Source of the DNA: an uncultured Ignavibacteriales bacterium
GTDB lineage: Bacteria > Zixibacteria > MSB-5A5 > GN15 > FEB-12
Reading direction: 5' to 3'
DNA length: 64,000 nucleotides
Assembly (NCBI GenBank): GCA_964627305.1
Contig: CAZVHP010000001.1
Coordinates: forward strand, 269,792 to 333,791
A program made the translations under genes and the position numbers. Positions 9,760 through 21,000 of this stretch are shown piece after piece. The notes under the pieces were generated by a model that was not told the origin of the DNA, did not search any database, and worked only from the letters and a program-made list of their open reading frames with translations. Each line of letters begins with the position of its first letter. Positions within the stretch are counted from its first letter, which is position 1.

Positions 9760-11139
9760 ATGTCGAAACAGGATATCACGGTTCCGGAAATCGGCGAGAA
9801 GATCACATCGGGAACAGTTGTGGGGGTAATGGTTAAACAGGGAGACCGGGTACGCGCTGAGGACCCGGTCATCGAGTTCGAGACCGACAAGGCGGTTGTC
9901 GAGATTCCCGCTCCTGCCGATGGCGTCATCACTGAGGTGCTGGTCAAAGAGGGTCAGGACATTGATGTCGGCGCCGTCATCGCCCGCATGGATACCCAGA
10001 CCGATGCCCAGGCCGAACCGGAATCCGAAGCAGAATCCGACGCCGACGACGGAGACGAACCCGAACAGGATGCGGATGCTCAGAAGTCATCGGACGAGCA
10101 GACCGAACAGGAAGCTTCTGCGAAAACCGAGACGCCGGAACCAAGACCAGAGGAGAAGACCTCTGATAGTCAGGAAGCATCGAGGCGCATGCCCGAAAGG
10201 GAGTCTGTCCCCGGCACACAGGAGGGGGTCGCCACCGCTTCGTCGCTGGCGCCGGCCTCACCTACCGTGCGGCGTCTCGCTCGAGAACTGGGCGCCGACA
10301 TCAACCAGATCGACGGTTCCGGGCCGGGGGGGCGCATCACTCCTGATGACGTCAAGTCGTTCGTCAAGCAGGTAGTATCCGGCAGGAGCCGCCCAACATC
10401 CGGCGCTGCGGTGCCCGAGTTGCCGGATTTCAGCCGGTGGGGCGACATCGAACGGGAGGATATGACCACTGTCCGCAGGATCACAGCCGAAGGCATGGCC
10501 AATGCCTGGACCACCGTCGCCCACGTGACCCAGTTCGACAAGGCCGACATCACTGCCCTTGAGCAGTTCCGCCGCCAATACAATCCTCTGGTCGAGAAGG
10601 AGGGTGGCAAACTGACCGTGACAGCCATTCTGCTCAAGGTCATTGCCTCCGCCCTACAGAGATTCCCCCGCTTCAATGCCACTGTCGATATGAACGCCGG
10701 GCAGATAGTCTACAAGTCGTATTGCCACGTGGGCATTGCAGTCGATACCGATCGCGGTCTTCTGGTGCCGGTAATACGCGATGTCGACAAGAAGGGGATC
10801 AAGCAGTTGTCGATTGAGCTGAAGGACGTCTCAGACAGGGCGCGGTCAAAAAAGGTCTCGCCCGAAGACCTGGAGGGTGGCACCTTCACCATCTCCAATC
10901 AGGGCGGGATCGGCGGGACTGACTTCACACCCATTGTTTACTGGCCCCAGGTCGCCATTCTCGGTGTCAGCCGTGCCGGCGTCGAACCGCGGTTTATCGA
11001 CGGCGAATTCCAGCCGCGCACTATGCTCCCTCTGTCACTGTCGTATGATCACCGGGCCAACGATGGGGCTGACGCCGCCCGGTTCCTGCGGTGGGTGACT
11101 GAGGCATTGGAGAACCCATTCCTGCTGCACTTCGATTGA
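9760..11139 (+). CDS. aceF: Dihydrolipoamide acetyltransferase E2 (single lipoyl domain)
   Basis: Lipoyl motif EFETDKAVVEIPAP, acidic Glu/Asp/Gln-rich linker, subunit-binding domain SPTVRRLARELGADI and catalytic DHRANDGADAARF. Confidence 0.92.
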   Translation: MSKQDITVPEIGEKITSGTVVGVMVKQGDRVRAEDPVIEFETDKAVVEIPAPADGVITEVLVKEGQDIDVGAVIARMDTQTDAQAEPESEAESDADDGDEPEQDADAQKSSDEQTEQEASAKTETPEPRPEEKTSDSQEASRRMPERESVPGTQEGVATASSLAPASPTVRRLARELGADINQIDGSGPGGRITPDDVKSFVKQVVSGRSRPTSGAAVPELPDFSRWGDIEREDMTTVRRITAEGMANAWTTVAHVTQFDKADITALEQFRRQYNPLVEKEGGKLTVTAILLKVIASALQRFPRFNATVDMNAGQIVYKSYCHVGIAVDTDRGLLVPVIRDVDKKGIKQLSIELKDVSDRARSKKVSPEDLEGGTFTISNQGGIGGTDFTPIVYWPQVAILGVSRAGVEPRFIDGEFQPRTMLPLSLSYDHRANDGADAARFLRWVTEALENPFLLHFD

Positions 11140-11192
11140 CACAAGGCTGCAGGCGAGATCAAGAAGGATCAGAACAGCAAGGACGAAGATAC

Positions 11193-12620
11193 ATGGCGGA
11201 ACACAAGAGCAAGACCCAGGTTGCAGTCATCGGCGGTGGCCCCGGCGGCTATGCTGCAGCCTTTATGGCGGCCGATCTCGGGCTGGACGTGACGCTTATC
11301 AACCCCGAAGCAAACCCGGGCGGTGTGTGCCTCTATCGCGGCTGTATACCCTCCAAGGCCCTGCTTCATGTGGCCAGGCTGCTGGGTGAGGCGCAGGAAG
11401 CCGAACACTGGGGAATCACCTTTGGCCAGCCGAAGATCGATCTCGACAGGCTGCGTGCGTGGAAGGAAGAGGTGGTAGAACAACTCACCTCCGGTCTTGG
11501 ACAGCTCGCCAGACAGCGCAAGATCACCTATCTGAAAGCAACCGCTTCGTTCAAGGACAACGAGACCCTTCAGATCGACCATGTGGACGGTGGCAGAGAT
11601 TCACTCACCTTTGAGAGTGCCATTGTTGCCACCGGCTCGCGTCCGAGCAGTATCCCCGCGCTTGATATCGGCTCCGAGCGCGTCATGGATTCGACTGCTG
11701 CGCTCAAGCTGAAGGAAGTCCCCAAATCACTGCTGGTGATCGGCGGCGGCTACATCGGTCTGGAGATGGCCACCGTCTACGCTCGGCTTGGCGCCAAAGT
11801 GACCATTGTGGAGATGACACCCGATCTGCTGCCCGGAGTGGATTCCGATCTGGTCTCCGTACTCGCGAAACAGCTGGAGCGCCAGACAGATCAGATCCTC
11901 CTTAATACCATTGTCAGAGAAATGAAGGAGCAGAAGAACGGTGTGAAGGTGACAATGGAGACCAAAGCTGGGGAGGATGCCACGCGCGTGTTCGATCGTG
12001 TGCTGGTCGCCGTCGGCCGTCGTCCCAACTCAAACGATATCGGGCTGGAAAACACCCGGATCGAGACCGATGATCGCGGCTTTGTCAGGGTTGACCGTCA
12101 GCGACGCACCGCAGAGGCTAATATCTATGCCATAGGCGATGTTGCCGGAGAACCGATGCTGGCTCACAAGGCCTCTCACGAGGGGCGTCTCGCCGCCGAG
12201 GTAATCGCAGGGAAGAAAGTGGTGTGGGAGCCTCAGGCTATCCCCGCTGTGGTCTTCACCGATCCGGAGATCGCTTGGTGCGGACTGACTGGCAACGATG
12301 CCAAGAACCGGGGAATCGATGTTGAAACCGCCCGCTTCCCCTGGATGGCTTCAGGACGAGCCAAGACACTCGGGCGAACCGACGGCGTCACCAAGCTGCT
12401 GGTCGATCCCCGGACCAAACGCATTCTCGGTATGGGCGTCGCCGGACCCGGCGCCGGAGAGCTCATCGCCGAGGGCGTTCTGGCTGTCGAGATGGGAGCT
12501 GTGGCCTCTGACCTGGGGTTGTCAATCCATCCTCATCCCACTCTCTCAGAGACGGTGATGGAGGCGGCCGATTTGATCTACGGCCACGCCACCCACTATC
12601 ATCGACCGAAACGAAGATGA
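11193..12620 (+). CDS. lpdA: Dihydrolipoyl dehydrogenase E3
   Basis: VAVIGGGPGGYAAA, redox disulfide GGVCLYRGCIPSK and C-terminal HPHPTLSE. Start set at ATG 11193. Confidence 0.92.
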   Translation: MAEHKSKTQVAVIGGGPGGYAAAFMAADLGLDVTLINPEANPGGVCLYRGCIPSKALLHVARLLGEAQEAEHWGITFGQPKIDLDRLRAWKEEVVEQLTSGLGQLARQRKITYLKATASFKDNETLQIDHVDGGRDSLTFESAIVATGSRPSSIPALDIGSERVMDSTAALKLKEVPKSLLVIGGGYIGLEMATVYARLGAKVTIVEMTPDLLPGVDSDLVSVLAKQLERQTDQILLNTIVREMKEQKNGVKVTMETKAGEDATRVFDRVLVAVGRRPNSNDIGLENTRIETDDRGFVRVDRQRRTAEANIYAIGDVAGEPMLAHKASHEGRLAAEVIAGKKVVWEPQAIPAVVFTDPEIAWCGLTGNDAKNRGIDVETARFPWMASGRAKTLGRTDGVTKLLVDPRTKRILGMGVAGPGAGELIAEGVLAVEMGAVASDLGLSIHPHPTLSETVMEAADLIYGHATHYHRPKRR

Positions 12621-12663
12621 GCGCCGGTCAGGCCGTGATCCGGTTGTGGCTCGCCGGACCTGA

Positions 12664-14355
12664 TCACCCCTTCTTCTGTATCTTGCCCCACGTGTCCCGA
12701 AGGCCGACTGAGCGGTTGAACACCAGTCGCGTCGCACGAGAGTCCTTTTCATCGAGGCTGAAATACCCGTGCCGGAGAAACTGCAGCAGATCCTCATGAG
12801 TGGCCTGTGCCAGACTTGGCTCCACCTTGCAACCGGTCAGGACTGTCAGAGAATCAGGGTTGATATTGGCAGCGAAATCCTCTCCCTCCGGAGCATCAGC
12901 GGGGTCGGCCTTCGTGAACAGATGATCGTACAGTCGCACCTCCGCCTCAACCGCATGTGACGCCGACACCCAGTGCAGGGTGCCCTTGACACGGCGATTG
13001 TCCGGGGTGGTCCCTCCGCGACTTTCAGGATCATACGTGCAGATCAACTCGGTGATGTTGCCCGCTTCGTCTTTTACAACCTCTTTGCAAGTGATGAAGT
13101 AGGCGTGCTTGAGCCGCACTTCGCGTCCCGGCGCCAGGCGGAAGAACTTGCCGGGAGGGTTTTCCATGAAGTCATCGCGCTCGATGTACACCTCGCGAGA
13201 AAACGGAACCAGCCGCGTGCCGTCGGTGTCATTCTCCGGGTTGTTGATTGCCTCGAAGTGCTCCACCTTGTCCTGCGGGTAGTTCTCGATCGTCACCTTG
13301 AGCGGATCGAGCACGGCCATCACACGACGGGCACGAAGGTTCAGATCCTCACGCAGGCAGTGCTCCAGCAGGGCGATATCGACCACGCTGTCGCGGCGTT
13401 TGGCGACACCGATGCGGTCGGCGAAGTCCCTAATGGCCTTGGGGGTGTAGCCGCGCCGACGCAAGCCTGATATCGTGGGCATCCGGGGGTCATCCCAGCC
13501 GGAGACCAGGTGCTCGCGAACCAGCTTGAGCAGCTTGCGCTTGCTCATAATGGTGTGCGACAACTCCAGGCGGGCAAACTCGATCTGCTGCGGATGGTGC
13601 ACCCCCAACTGCTCCAGAAACCAGTCATACAATGGGCGGTGATCTTCGAACTCAAGCGTACAGACCGAGTGCGTGATCCCCTCAATCGAATCGCTCTGCC
13701 CATGAGCCCAGTCGTACGTCGGGTAGATGCACCACTTGTCGCCGATCCGATTGTGCCGCGCGGGTAATATGCGGTACATCACCGGATCGCGCATATTGAT
13801 GTTCGGCGCCGCCATGTCTATCCTGGCTCGCAATACCCGGGCTCCATCCGGAAACTCACCCTGGCGCATCCGTTCGAACAGGTCCAGATTCTCCACCACC
13901 GACCGCTCACGATACGGGCTGTTCTTGCCCGGCTCGGTCAAAGTGCCGCGGAACTCGCGTATCTCATCCGCAGTAAGATCGTCGACATACGCCTTGCCGT
14001 CTTTGATCAGCCGAACAGCCCACTCATACAACTGGTCGAAATAATCCGAGGCGTAGTACTCCCGATCTTCCCAGTCAAAACCAAGCCAGCGGATATCGCG
14101 CTTGATCGATTCGACGTACTCCTCCTCCTCCCTGGTCGGATTGGTGTCATCGAAACGAAGATTGCACTTGCCGCCATAGTCTCTGGCCAGCCCGAAATTG
14201 AGACAGATCGACTTGGCATGACCAATGTGCAGATAGCCATTCGGTTCCGGCGGGAAGCGGGTGTGCACACGGCTGTCATTCTTGCCGGTTTCGAGGTCAC
14301 GATCAATGATGTCGCGGATGAAATTCGATGGAGACTTCACTTCAGAGTCGGTCAT
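12664..14355 (-). CDS. glnS: Glutaminyl-tRNA synthetase
   Basis: Class I signatures [13 protein letters not shown] and IMSKRKL, plus a GlnRS-like C-terminal anticodon-binding region. Start set at ATG 14355 (GAGGA upstream). Confidence 0.93.
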   Translation of the reverse strand: MTDSEVKSPSNFIRDIIDRDLETGKNDSRVHTRFPPEPNGYLHIGHAKSICLNFGLARDYGGKCNLRFDDTNPTREEEEYVESIKRDIRWLGFDWEDREYYASDYFDQLYEWAVRLIKDGKAYVDDLTADEIREFRGTLTEPGKNSPYRERSVVENLDLFERMRQGEFPDGARVLRARIDMAAPNINMRDPVMYRILPARHNRIGDKWCIYPTYDWAHGQSDSIEGITHSVCTLEFEDHRPLYDWFLEQLGVHHPQQIEFARLELSHTIMSKRKLLKLVREHLVSGWDDPRMPTISGLRRRGYTPKAIRDFADRIGVAKRRDSVVDIALLEHCLREDLNLRARRVMAVLDPLKVTIENYPQDKVEHFEAINNPENDTDGTRLVPFSREVYIERDDFMENPPGKFFRLAPGREVRLKHAYFITCKEVVKDEAGNITELICTYDPESRGGTTPDNRRVKGTLHWVSASHAVEAEVRLYDHLFTKADPADAPEGEDFAANINPDSLTVLTGCKVEPSLAQATHEDLLQFLRHGYFSLDEKDSRATRLVFNRSVGLRDTWGKIQKKG

Positions 14356-14607
14356 GATTGAGTAGTCCTCACACAAGGTCAGTGGCAAAGTATCGGGTAC
14401 GCCCGGTTTCTGCGACTAAACTCTGTATCGGTTGCTCGTTGCGCCGGGCTGAAGGTCGTAATGTACACAAAGCCCCCTCCGGATCAACTAATTATCTTGG
14501 CCGCCCAACTCCATCCGTACATTTGACAGAGGGCCGACAAATCGGTACCTTCGTGTTTTCGGCCTCGGCCAAGCACCGGGCAGAATGGTCCATCAACAGG
14601 AAAGACT

Positions 14608-16023
14608 ATGAACCGCAAGGACTTCTTTGAAACACTCCTTGGCCTGATCGACCGCTTTGTGTCCGAGAGCGAGCGTGGTTCCACAAGGGTTTCAGACTAC
14701 CGTGATCCCGGGACACTCACAGAACTGCTGCGACTTGATCTGCCCACCGTCGGCCGGGGCGAGAGCGAAGTCCTGGCGGCCGCAGATACCTACCTTAATC
14801 ACTGCGTGCGGACGGCGCATCCGCAGTTTCTCAATCCGCTGTGGGGCGGCTTCTCACTGCCGGGAGTCGCGGGTGAGCTTCTCAGTGCTGCCAGCAACAC
14901 GTCCATGTATACCTATGAGGTCGCACCGGTCGCAACCCTGATGGAGCAGAAGGTTGTGAGCACCCTGCTGAACATGGCCGGTTTCGGCGACGGTGATGGC
15001 ATCTTCCTGACCGGTGGCAGTAACGCCAACCTCGTCGCCATGCTGGTCGCTCGCCATCATGCATTCCCCGCTGTTCGTACACACGGCTGGAGTCAGTCAG
15101 CCGGCCAGTCTCCAGTTGCCCTCGTGTCGGATCAGGCGCATTATTCGCTTGGTAAGGCAGCCAACGTGCTCGGATTGGGGACCGCCAACGTTATCGAGGT
15201 GGCCAGCGATGAGTGCGGCTGTATGCGCCCGGACTCGCTTGATCAGGCCATCCGACAGGCAAAACTCGAAGGCCAGACACCGTTCATAGTCACGGCTACC
15301 TCCGGCACTACGGTCCTGGGCGCATTTGACCCCATTGAGCCGATTGCGGAAATCTGCAGAAAACACGGCATCTGGCTGCACGTCGATGCCGCTATGGGCG
15401 GCCCGCTCCTGTTCAGTGCCCGCCACCGCCACCTGTTGAGAGGACTGAACCGGGCCGACTCTGTCGCATGGGATTTCCACAAACTGCTGGGCCTGCCGCT
15501 GACCTGCTCTGTTATCCTGCTCAACCAACCTCATCGTCTGCAGCCCGCAGTAGGCTCAAGCGACACCGAGTACCTCTTTCATGGCGGTCGGGACAGTCGG
15601 TTCGACCTCGGCGAAAAGTCGCTCCAGTGCGGCCGACGGGTCGATATCCTCAAGCTCTGGCTGGCCTGGCAGTATCACGGGACCGATGGCTGGCAGCGCC
15701 ACATTGATCATCTCATCGACCTTGCTGCCTATGCTGAATCTCGGGTCAACGAATCAGACCTCCTCGCTTTGGCAGCCCCCCGGCAATCGGTGTCCGTCTG
15801 CTTTCAGGTCAAACCTCCCACGGGAACGAGTGTCAACGATTTCACTGTGGCCGTCCGTGAAAGACTCCATCGGACCGGTCGTGTTCTCGTGAACTATGCT
15901 CGTCTCAAAGATAGTCGTACCGTTATTCGGCTGGTCGTGGCCAACGGTGCTGCCACGACCGCAGATATCGACAGATTTTTCGACCAGCTCAGCACGACGG
16001 TGGCCGAATTGTCAACACACTGA
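14608..16023 (+). CDS. Group II PLP-dependent decarboxylase (glutamate / cysteine-sulfinate / diaminobutyrate decarboxylase family)
   Basis: 471-aa ORF with SGTTVLGAFDPI and the PLP-lysine context DFHKLLGLPLTCSV. Substrate cannot be assigned. Confidence 0.8.
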   Translation: MNRKDFFETLLGLIDRFVSESERGSTRVSDYRDPGTLTELLRLDLPTVGRGESEVLAAADTYLNHCVRTAHPQFLNPLWGGFSLPGVAGELLSAASNTSMYTYEVAPVATLMEQKVVSTLLNMAGFGDGDGIFLTGGSNANLVAMLVARHHAFPAVRTHGWSQSAGQSPVALVSDQAHYSLGKAANVLGLGTANVIEVASDECGCMRPDSLDQAIRQAKLEGQTPFIVTATSGTTVLGAFDPIEPIAEICRKHGIWLHVDAAMGGPLLFSARHRHLLRGLNRADSVAWDFHKLLGLPLTCSVILLNQPHRLQPAVGSSDTEYLFHGGRDSRFDLGEKSLQCGRRVDILKLWLAWQYHGTDGWQRHIDHLIDLAAYAESRVNESDLLALAAPRQSVSVCFQVKPPTGTSVNDFTVAVRERLHRTGRVLVNYARLKDSRTVIRLVVANGAATTADIDRFFDQLSTTVAELSTH

Positions 16024-16130
16024 GCACTCTGCCGTACTCACAAGAGATTCCGGCGCCATCAGAAACTTGATGGCCGGTGCCGATGTTACGGGAGGTTAGT
16101 TGCGAATGAAACAATTGCAAGTGTAACTAT

Positions 16131-16646
16131 TTGGACAACAGAAGAACCAAAGAGACTGAGCCTCAACTCGACCCGCGAGACTTCCTTCCTCGGTTGATTG
16201 GCATGACTGCGGTCGCCTGGCAGCGCCGCCTCAACGATGTTTTTGCCGAGGCAGGTGTCAACATAGTGCTGGAGCAATGGATCATCCTCGTGAACCTCTT
16301 CTACCACAATGACGTCGTTCAGGGCAGTCTGGCGAATATGCTCATGCGGGACAAGAGCTTCATGACGCGGATCGTCGATGACCTCGAGGGCAGAGAACTC
16401 GTGCAAAGACGACGTGACCCTGCGGACCGTCGTCGCTGGCGAATTCACCTGACCGACAGAGGCCGTCGGTTTGTCAAGCCGGTATTGGACATCGTGATCC
16501 GGACGAGCCACTTGGCCCAGTCCGGGCTTGCCAATGAGAAGCTGGATTGCACGCGGGAGGTGCTGCGGCATATGTTCAGGAACCTCACCGGCTATTCTGT
16601 GGAAAGCTGCTGGGGGAAGGTTGAGGAAGATCAGAATCCCGATTGA
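16131..16646 (+). CDS. MarR-family transcriptional regulator
   Basis: Winged-helix pattern (LEGRELVQRRRDPADRRRWRIHLTDRGRRF). It precedes the efflux operon. The TTG start is uncertain. Confidence 0.8.
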   Translation: MDNRRTKETEPQLDPRDFLPRLIGMTAVAWQRRLNDVFAEAGVNIVLEQWIILVNLFYHNDVVQGSLANMLMRDKSFMTRIVDDLEGRELVQRRRDPADRRRWRIHLTDRGRRFVKPVLDIVIRTSHLAQSGLANEKLDCTREVLRHMFRNLTGYSVESCWGKVEEDQNPD

Positions 16647-16891
16647 AGAACCAGCCGGCGGAACATATCCGGGCCAATGGATATTGATGGATATTGTAGA
16701 TTTGACTAATCGACTATTGCTGAGTGATGGCCTCCCTGGAATGGGGCTGCCTGAGCTGGTACAATACGCAAGCAATGACTGCGAGGTAATACATGGCAGA
16801 CGGTCCGACAACATCGACATCCCCGACCCCACAACCGAGCTCCGCGTCGTCTCCGCCAGGGGGTGGCGACCCCGGAGCGGGGGAGAGTGGT

Positions 16892-18037
16892 ATGCGTAAG
16901 TACCTGAAATTCATCATCCCTGTTGCAATTTTGGTTATCGGCTTCGTGGTGATGAATCTTCTGCTGGGTATGCGCGAGCAGCCCCAGCGTCGTACGCCGC
17001 AGCCGCGCCCGCGTATTGTTGCAACCGAGGTCGTGCGGTTAGTTCCTGTGCCGTCGCAGATCATCGCCTACGGCCGCGTACAAAGCGCCGAACCGGTGGA
17101 TCTGTACAGCGAGGTGGCCGGAACGCTGATGCCCGGAGATGTCCCCTTCAAACCGGCCCAGACCTTCTCGAGAGGTGATCTGCTGGTTCGGATAGACGAT
17201 CGACAGGCACGACTCGATCTCAACTCATCGAAAGCCAGCCTGCTGACTGCCTTGGCGCAGGTACTTCCTGAAATTCGGGTCGATTTTCCCGATGAGTATC
17301 AACTCTGGCAGGACTACTTCGACAGCATCGAGTTTGACCAACCCCTGCCGCCGCTGCCGGAGACGGAGAACCAGCGGATCAAGCTGTTCCTTTCACGCTT
17401 CAATGTGTACCAGCTCTACTTCCGCATTCGCGATCAGGAGATCAGGCTGGAAAAACACGCCTTCAGGGCGCCCTTCGACGGCTCCATTGTCTCAGCTGAC
17501 CTGCGAATCGGTTCGATCGCACGCAGCGGCACGAAACTCGGCGAGCTTATCAGCCTTGAGGACCTTGAGGTCGAAGTCCCGGTTCCCGCTCGCGATATCC
17601 AGTGGATAGATTTCACCAAACCGGTGCGTCTGGTATCCGATGAAATCTCCGGAGAATGGAGTGGCGGGATCGCCAGAGTCGGTTCCGACATTGACACCCG
17701 CACCCAGGCGGTCAGCATATTCATCGAGATCGATCCCGGCACGCAGGGTGCGCCGCTCAATGGCGTCTTCATGCAGGCGCAGATACCGGGTATTATCATC
17801 GACCGGGCGCTGTCCATACCGCGACGGGCTCTGTACGATCAGCAGTATGTCTACCTCATAAGAAACGGGCAACTCGAAAGGCAACAGGTAAGCATTGCCC
17901 GTCTGGAGACAGAGGACGCCATCATCAACGGTGGGCTGAATGACGGCGATACTCTCGTGACCGACGTTCTGCAGGGAGTTGCCCCGGGCATGCCTGCCCA
18001 ATCTCGCGGGACCGTAACCGGTGTGGAGACCAACTGA
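16892..18037 (+). CDS. RND efflux periplasmic adaptor (MFP/HlyD family)
   Basis: N-terminal TM anchor KFIIPVAILVIGFVVMNLLL followed by barrel-sandwich/hairpin-like regions. Start set at ATG 16892 (GGGGAGAG upstream); the track start 16793 adds a low-complexity extension. Confidence 0.8.
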   Translation: MRKYLKFIIPVAILVIGFVVMNLLLGMREQPQRRTPQPRPRIVATEVVRLVPVPSQIIAYGRVQSAEPVDLYSEVAGTLMPGDVPFKPAQTFSRGDLLVRIDDRQARLDLNSSKASLLTALAQVLPEIRVDFPDEYQLWQDYFDSIEFDQPLPPLPETENQRIKLFLSRFNVYQLYFRIRDQEIRLEKHAFRAPFDGSIVSADLRIGSIARSGTKLGELISLEDLEVEVPVPARDIQWIDFTKPVRLVSDEISGEWSGGIARVGSDIDTRTQAVSIFIEIDPGTQGAPLNGVFMQAQIPGIIIDRALSIPRRALYDQQYVYLIRNGQLERQQVSIARLETEDAIINGGLNDGDTLVTDVLQGVAPGMPAQSRGTVTGVETN

Positions 18038-21000
18038 TGCGTAGGGTCACAGCATTCATGATCCGTTACCCCGTCTGGGTAACAGTGCTTCTGTTCGGGA
18101 TCGTCGCCTTTGGCCTGATCAGCCTGTCACAGCTCAGATACTCCTTCTTTCCTGAGATCGAGCCTGACATCATTCAGGTGCAGGTTGTCTACCCCGGTGC
18201 TTCTCCCGAGGAGGTCGCCGAGGGTGTGGTGCTCAAGATCGAGGAGAATATCGATGGGCTGGAGGGAGTTGAGCGCATCACGTCGGTCTCTCGCGAGAAC
18301 ATGGGCACTGTCACGGTCGAAGTACTCAAGGGGGCCGATATTGAGTTGGTGCTCGCCGATGTCAAGAACGCCGTCGACCGTATCAATTCATTCCCCGTCG
18401 ATGCCGAGAAGCCCGTGATTTTCAAGCAGCTGTTTCGCACGCGGTCGCTGTCTATTGTCCTGTTCGGCAAGGCTGACTTGTACAACCTGAAACACATCGC
18501 CGAGGCCTTCCGCGACGACCTTCTGGCCGATCCCGGAATCTCACAGGTGAGCATCGAGGGCCTGCCGGCGCTGGAGATCTCAATCGAGGTCTCCGAGGAA
18601 CGCCTCCGCCGCTACCAACTGACTTTTGCCGAGGTTGCCCGCGCCGTAGCTGCAGCCAATGTCAATATCTCCGGCGGTAAGTTTGAAACCGTCGATGAAG
18701 AAATCCTCATCCGCTCCTGGGGACGCGACTATAACGCCCAGGGATTTCTTGATATCCCCGTCAGGGGAAACGCTGACGGTACCGTCGTTCTGCTGAAGGA
18801 TGTTGCCGACATTCACGAGAAGTGGGAAGACAATCCGAGTAAGAGGTATTACAACGGTCAGCCCGCTGTCATACTCAATGTCGACCAAACCGGCAACGAG
18901 GACATCCTGGCCATCGCCGAGAAAGCCAAGGCTGTCCTTGCTGAGTTCAACGATTCCCACCAGTCGGTACAGGGAGTGGTGCTTGATGACCGAACGGTCC
19001 CGCTGACACAAAGGCTTGAGCTGCTGATCAAGAACGGACTGATCGGCCTGCTGCTGATCATCATTGCACTTGGGCTCTTCCTCAATCTGCGATTGTCATT
19101 CTGGGTGGCGATCAGCATTCCCTTCTCATTCGCGGGTATGTTCATCATCGCCAATTTCGCCGGAATCACAGTCAACGTCATTTCGCTGTTCGGTATGATC
19201 ATCGTGGTCGGTATTCTCGTCGATGACGCCATTGTTGTGGCCGAGAACATCTACGCCCAATATGAGAAGGGCAAACCCGCCTTCAGGGCGGCCATCGACG
19301 GCACCATGGAGGTTATCGCGCCCGTAACAACCTCTGTCTTGACGACAGCTATAGCCTTCATGCCGTTCTTTTTCCTTGATGCCATGCTCGGGAAGTTCAT
19401 CTGGCACATGGCGCTGGTGGTGATCGCCTCGCTGATCTTCTCGCTGATAGAGGCCTTCTTCATCCTGCCGTCTCATCTGGCACATTCGCGCGGGTTACGT
19501 TCGCATACCGATGACTCCGGGATCCGAAGGCGGCTTGATGGCCTGTTCCGATATCTTGCGGACAACATATACGGCCCCTCCCTGAGATTTGCCCTGCGCC
19601 ACAAGTGGATTACGGTAGTCACTCCGGTGGCCCTCGTGATGCTCACTGTCGGTTTGATCGGCGGTGGGCTGATTGGCGTGACTTTCTTCCCCTTCATTGA
19701 CGGGGATACTGTTCCCATCAACGTCTCACTGACTTCCGGTCGTCAGGAAGCCGACACTGATTCGTTGCTCGCCCGCATAGAAACGGCCGTCTGGGAGGTG
19801 GGCGAGCAACTTAAGACTGAACGGCCGGATGGCCGTGATGTTGTCCTCGGTGTGCAACGCGACATCGGAAGCAATGACTTTGGTGAATCCGGCAGCCACA
19901 CCGGTCGATTGACTGTCCAACTGCTCGATGGCGAGATCAGGGATATGGAGTCCGTCGTCATTGCCAACCGTATCCGCGAGGCCGTGGGGCCGCTTCCCGA
20001 GGCCAACAATATCACCTTCGGCGAAGTCTCCCGCTTTGGCAAACCGGTGTCAATCAGCCTTCTTTCGAATAATCGTGAGCAACTGGAACAAGCCCGGGAT
20101 ATGCTTCTGACGGAGCTTGAGAATTTCAGCAGTCTCAAAGACGTTACGACCACTGATCAGGAGGGGCGACGCGAGTTGGACATCAGGCTCAAACCGCGTG
20201 CCCACGCCCTCGGATTGACCCTTCAGGATGTGGTCGGTCAGGTACGCCAGGGGTTCTTCGGTCAGGAGATCCAGCGCATTCAGCGCGGTCGCGACGAGAT
20301 CAGGGTGTGGGTGCGCTACCCGGATTCTGATCGCGCCGCCCTCGGGTTTCTCGACCGTATGCGAGTTCGCACCCCCTCAGGTGGCGAGTATCCTTTCAGC
20401 GAGTTGGCTACCTATACTATTGACCGCGGCGTGACCAAGATAAGTCATCTCGATCGTCAGCGCGAAGTCAAGGTCGAAGCCGCCCAGGCCAATATCACTG
20501 ATGATCTTCCCCCCATTCTCAACGAGATCGAGTTTGCGGTCCTGCCTCCCATTCTGGCCCAGAATCCTTCGGTGCGCTACTCGTTCGAGGGACAATCCCG
20601 GTCTCAGGCGAAGATCGCTGCTTCTATGCGTAAGGCCTTTCCGATCGCGCTGATTGGTATGTTCATCCTCGTGGTTCTCGTCTTCCGCTCCTATGCTCAG
20701 GCGTTCATGATTTTCGGCCTGATTCCGATAGGAGTCCTCGGCGCCATCTGGGGACACGGAATACAGGGATTGCAATTGAACATGCTCTCGCTCTTTGGAA
20801 TCATTGCATTGTCAGGGATCATAATCAACAGCAGCATTGTCTTCATCCATCAGATCAACCACAACCTGCGCGACCGCATGCCCGTCGCCGAGGCCGTCTA
20901 CGCTGCCGGTTTAGCGCGTCTGCGACCGATAATGCTGACGACGTTGACAACCGCCCTCGGCCTCGCGCCGCTCATCCTGGAGACCAGCCGTCAGGCCCAG

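Noticed and set aside
9990-10260. Repetitive-looking acidic stretch (GA/GAC/GAA-rich) inside aceF as a possible tandem repeat or CRISPR-like element
   Set aside because: It is in frame and encodes the Glu/Asp/Gln/Pro-rich flexible linker normal for E2 proteins between the lipoyl and subunit-binding domains. There is no repeat-spacer periodicity.
5741-14355. tRNA-Gln(CUG) and glnS in the same neighbourhood as a possible functional linkage
   Set aside because: They are 7 kb apart, on opposite strands, and separated by unrelated operons. This is most likely coincidence.
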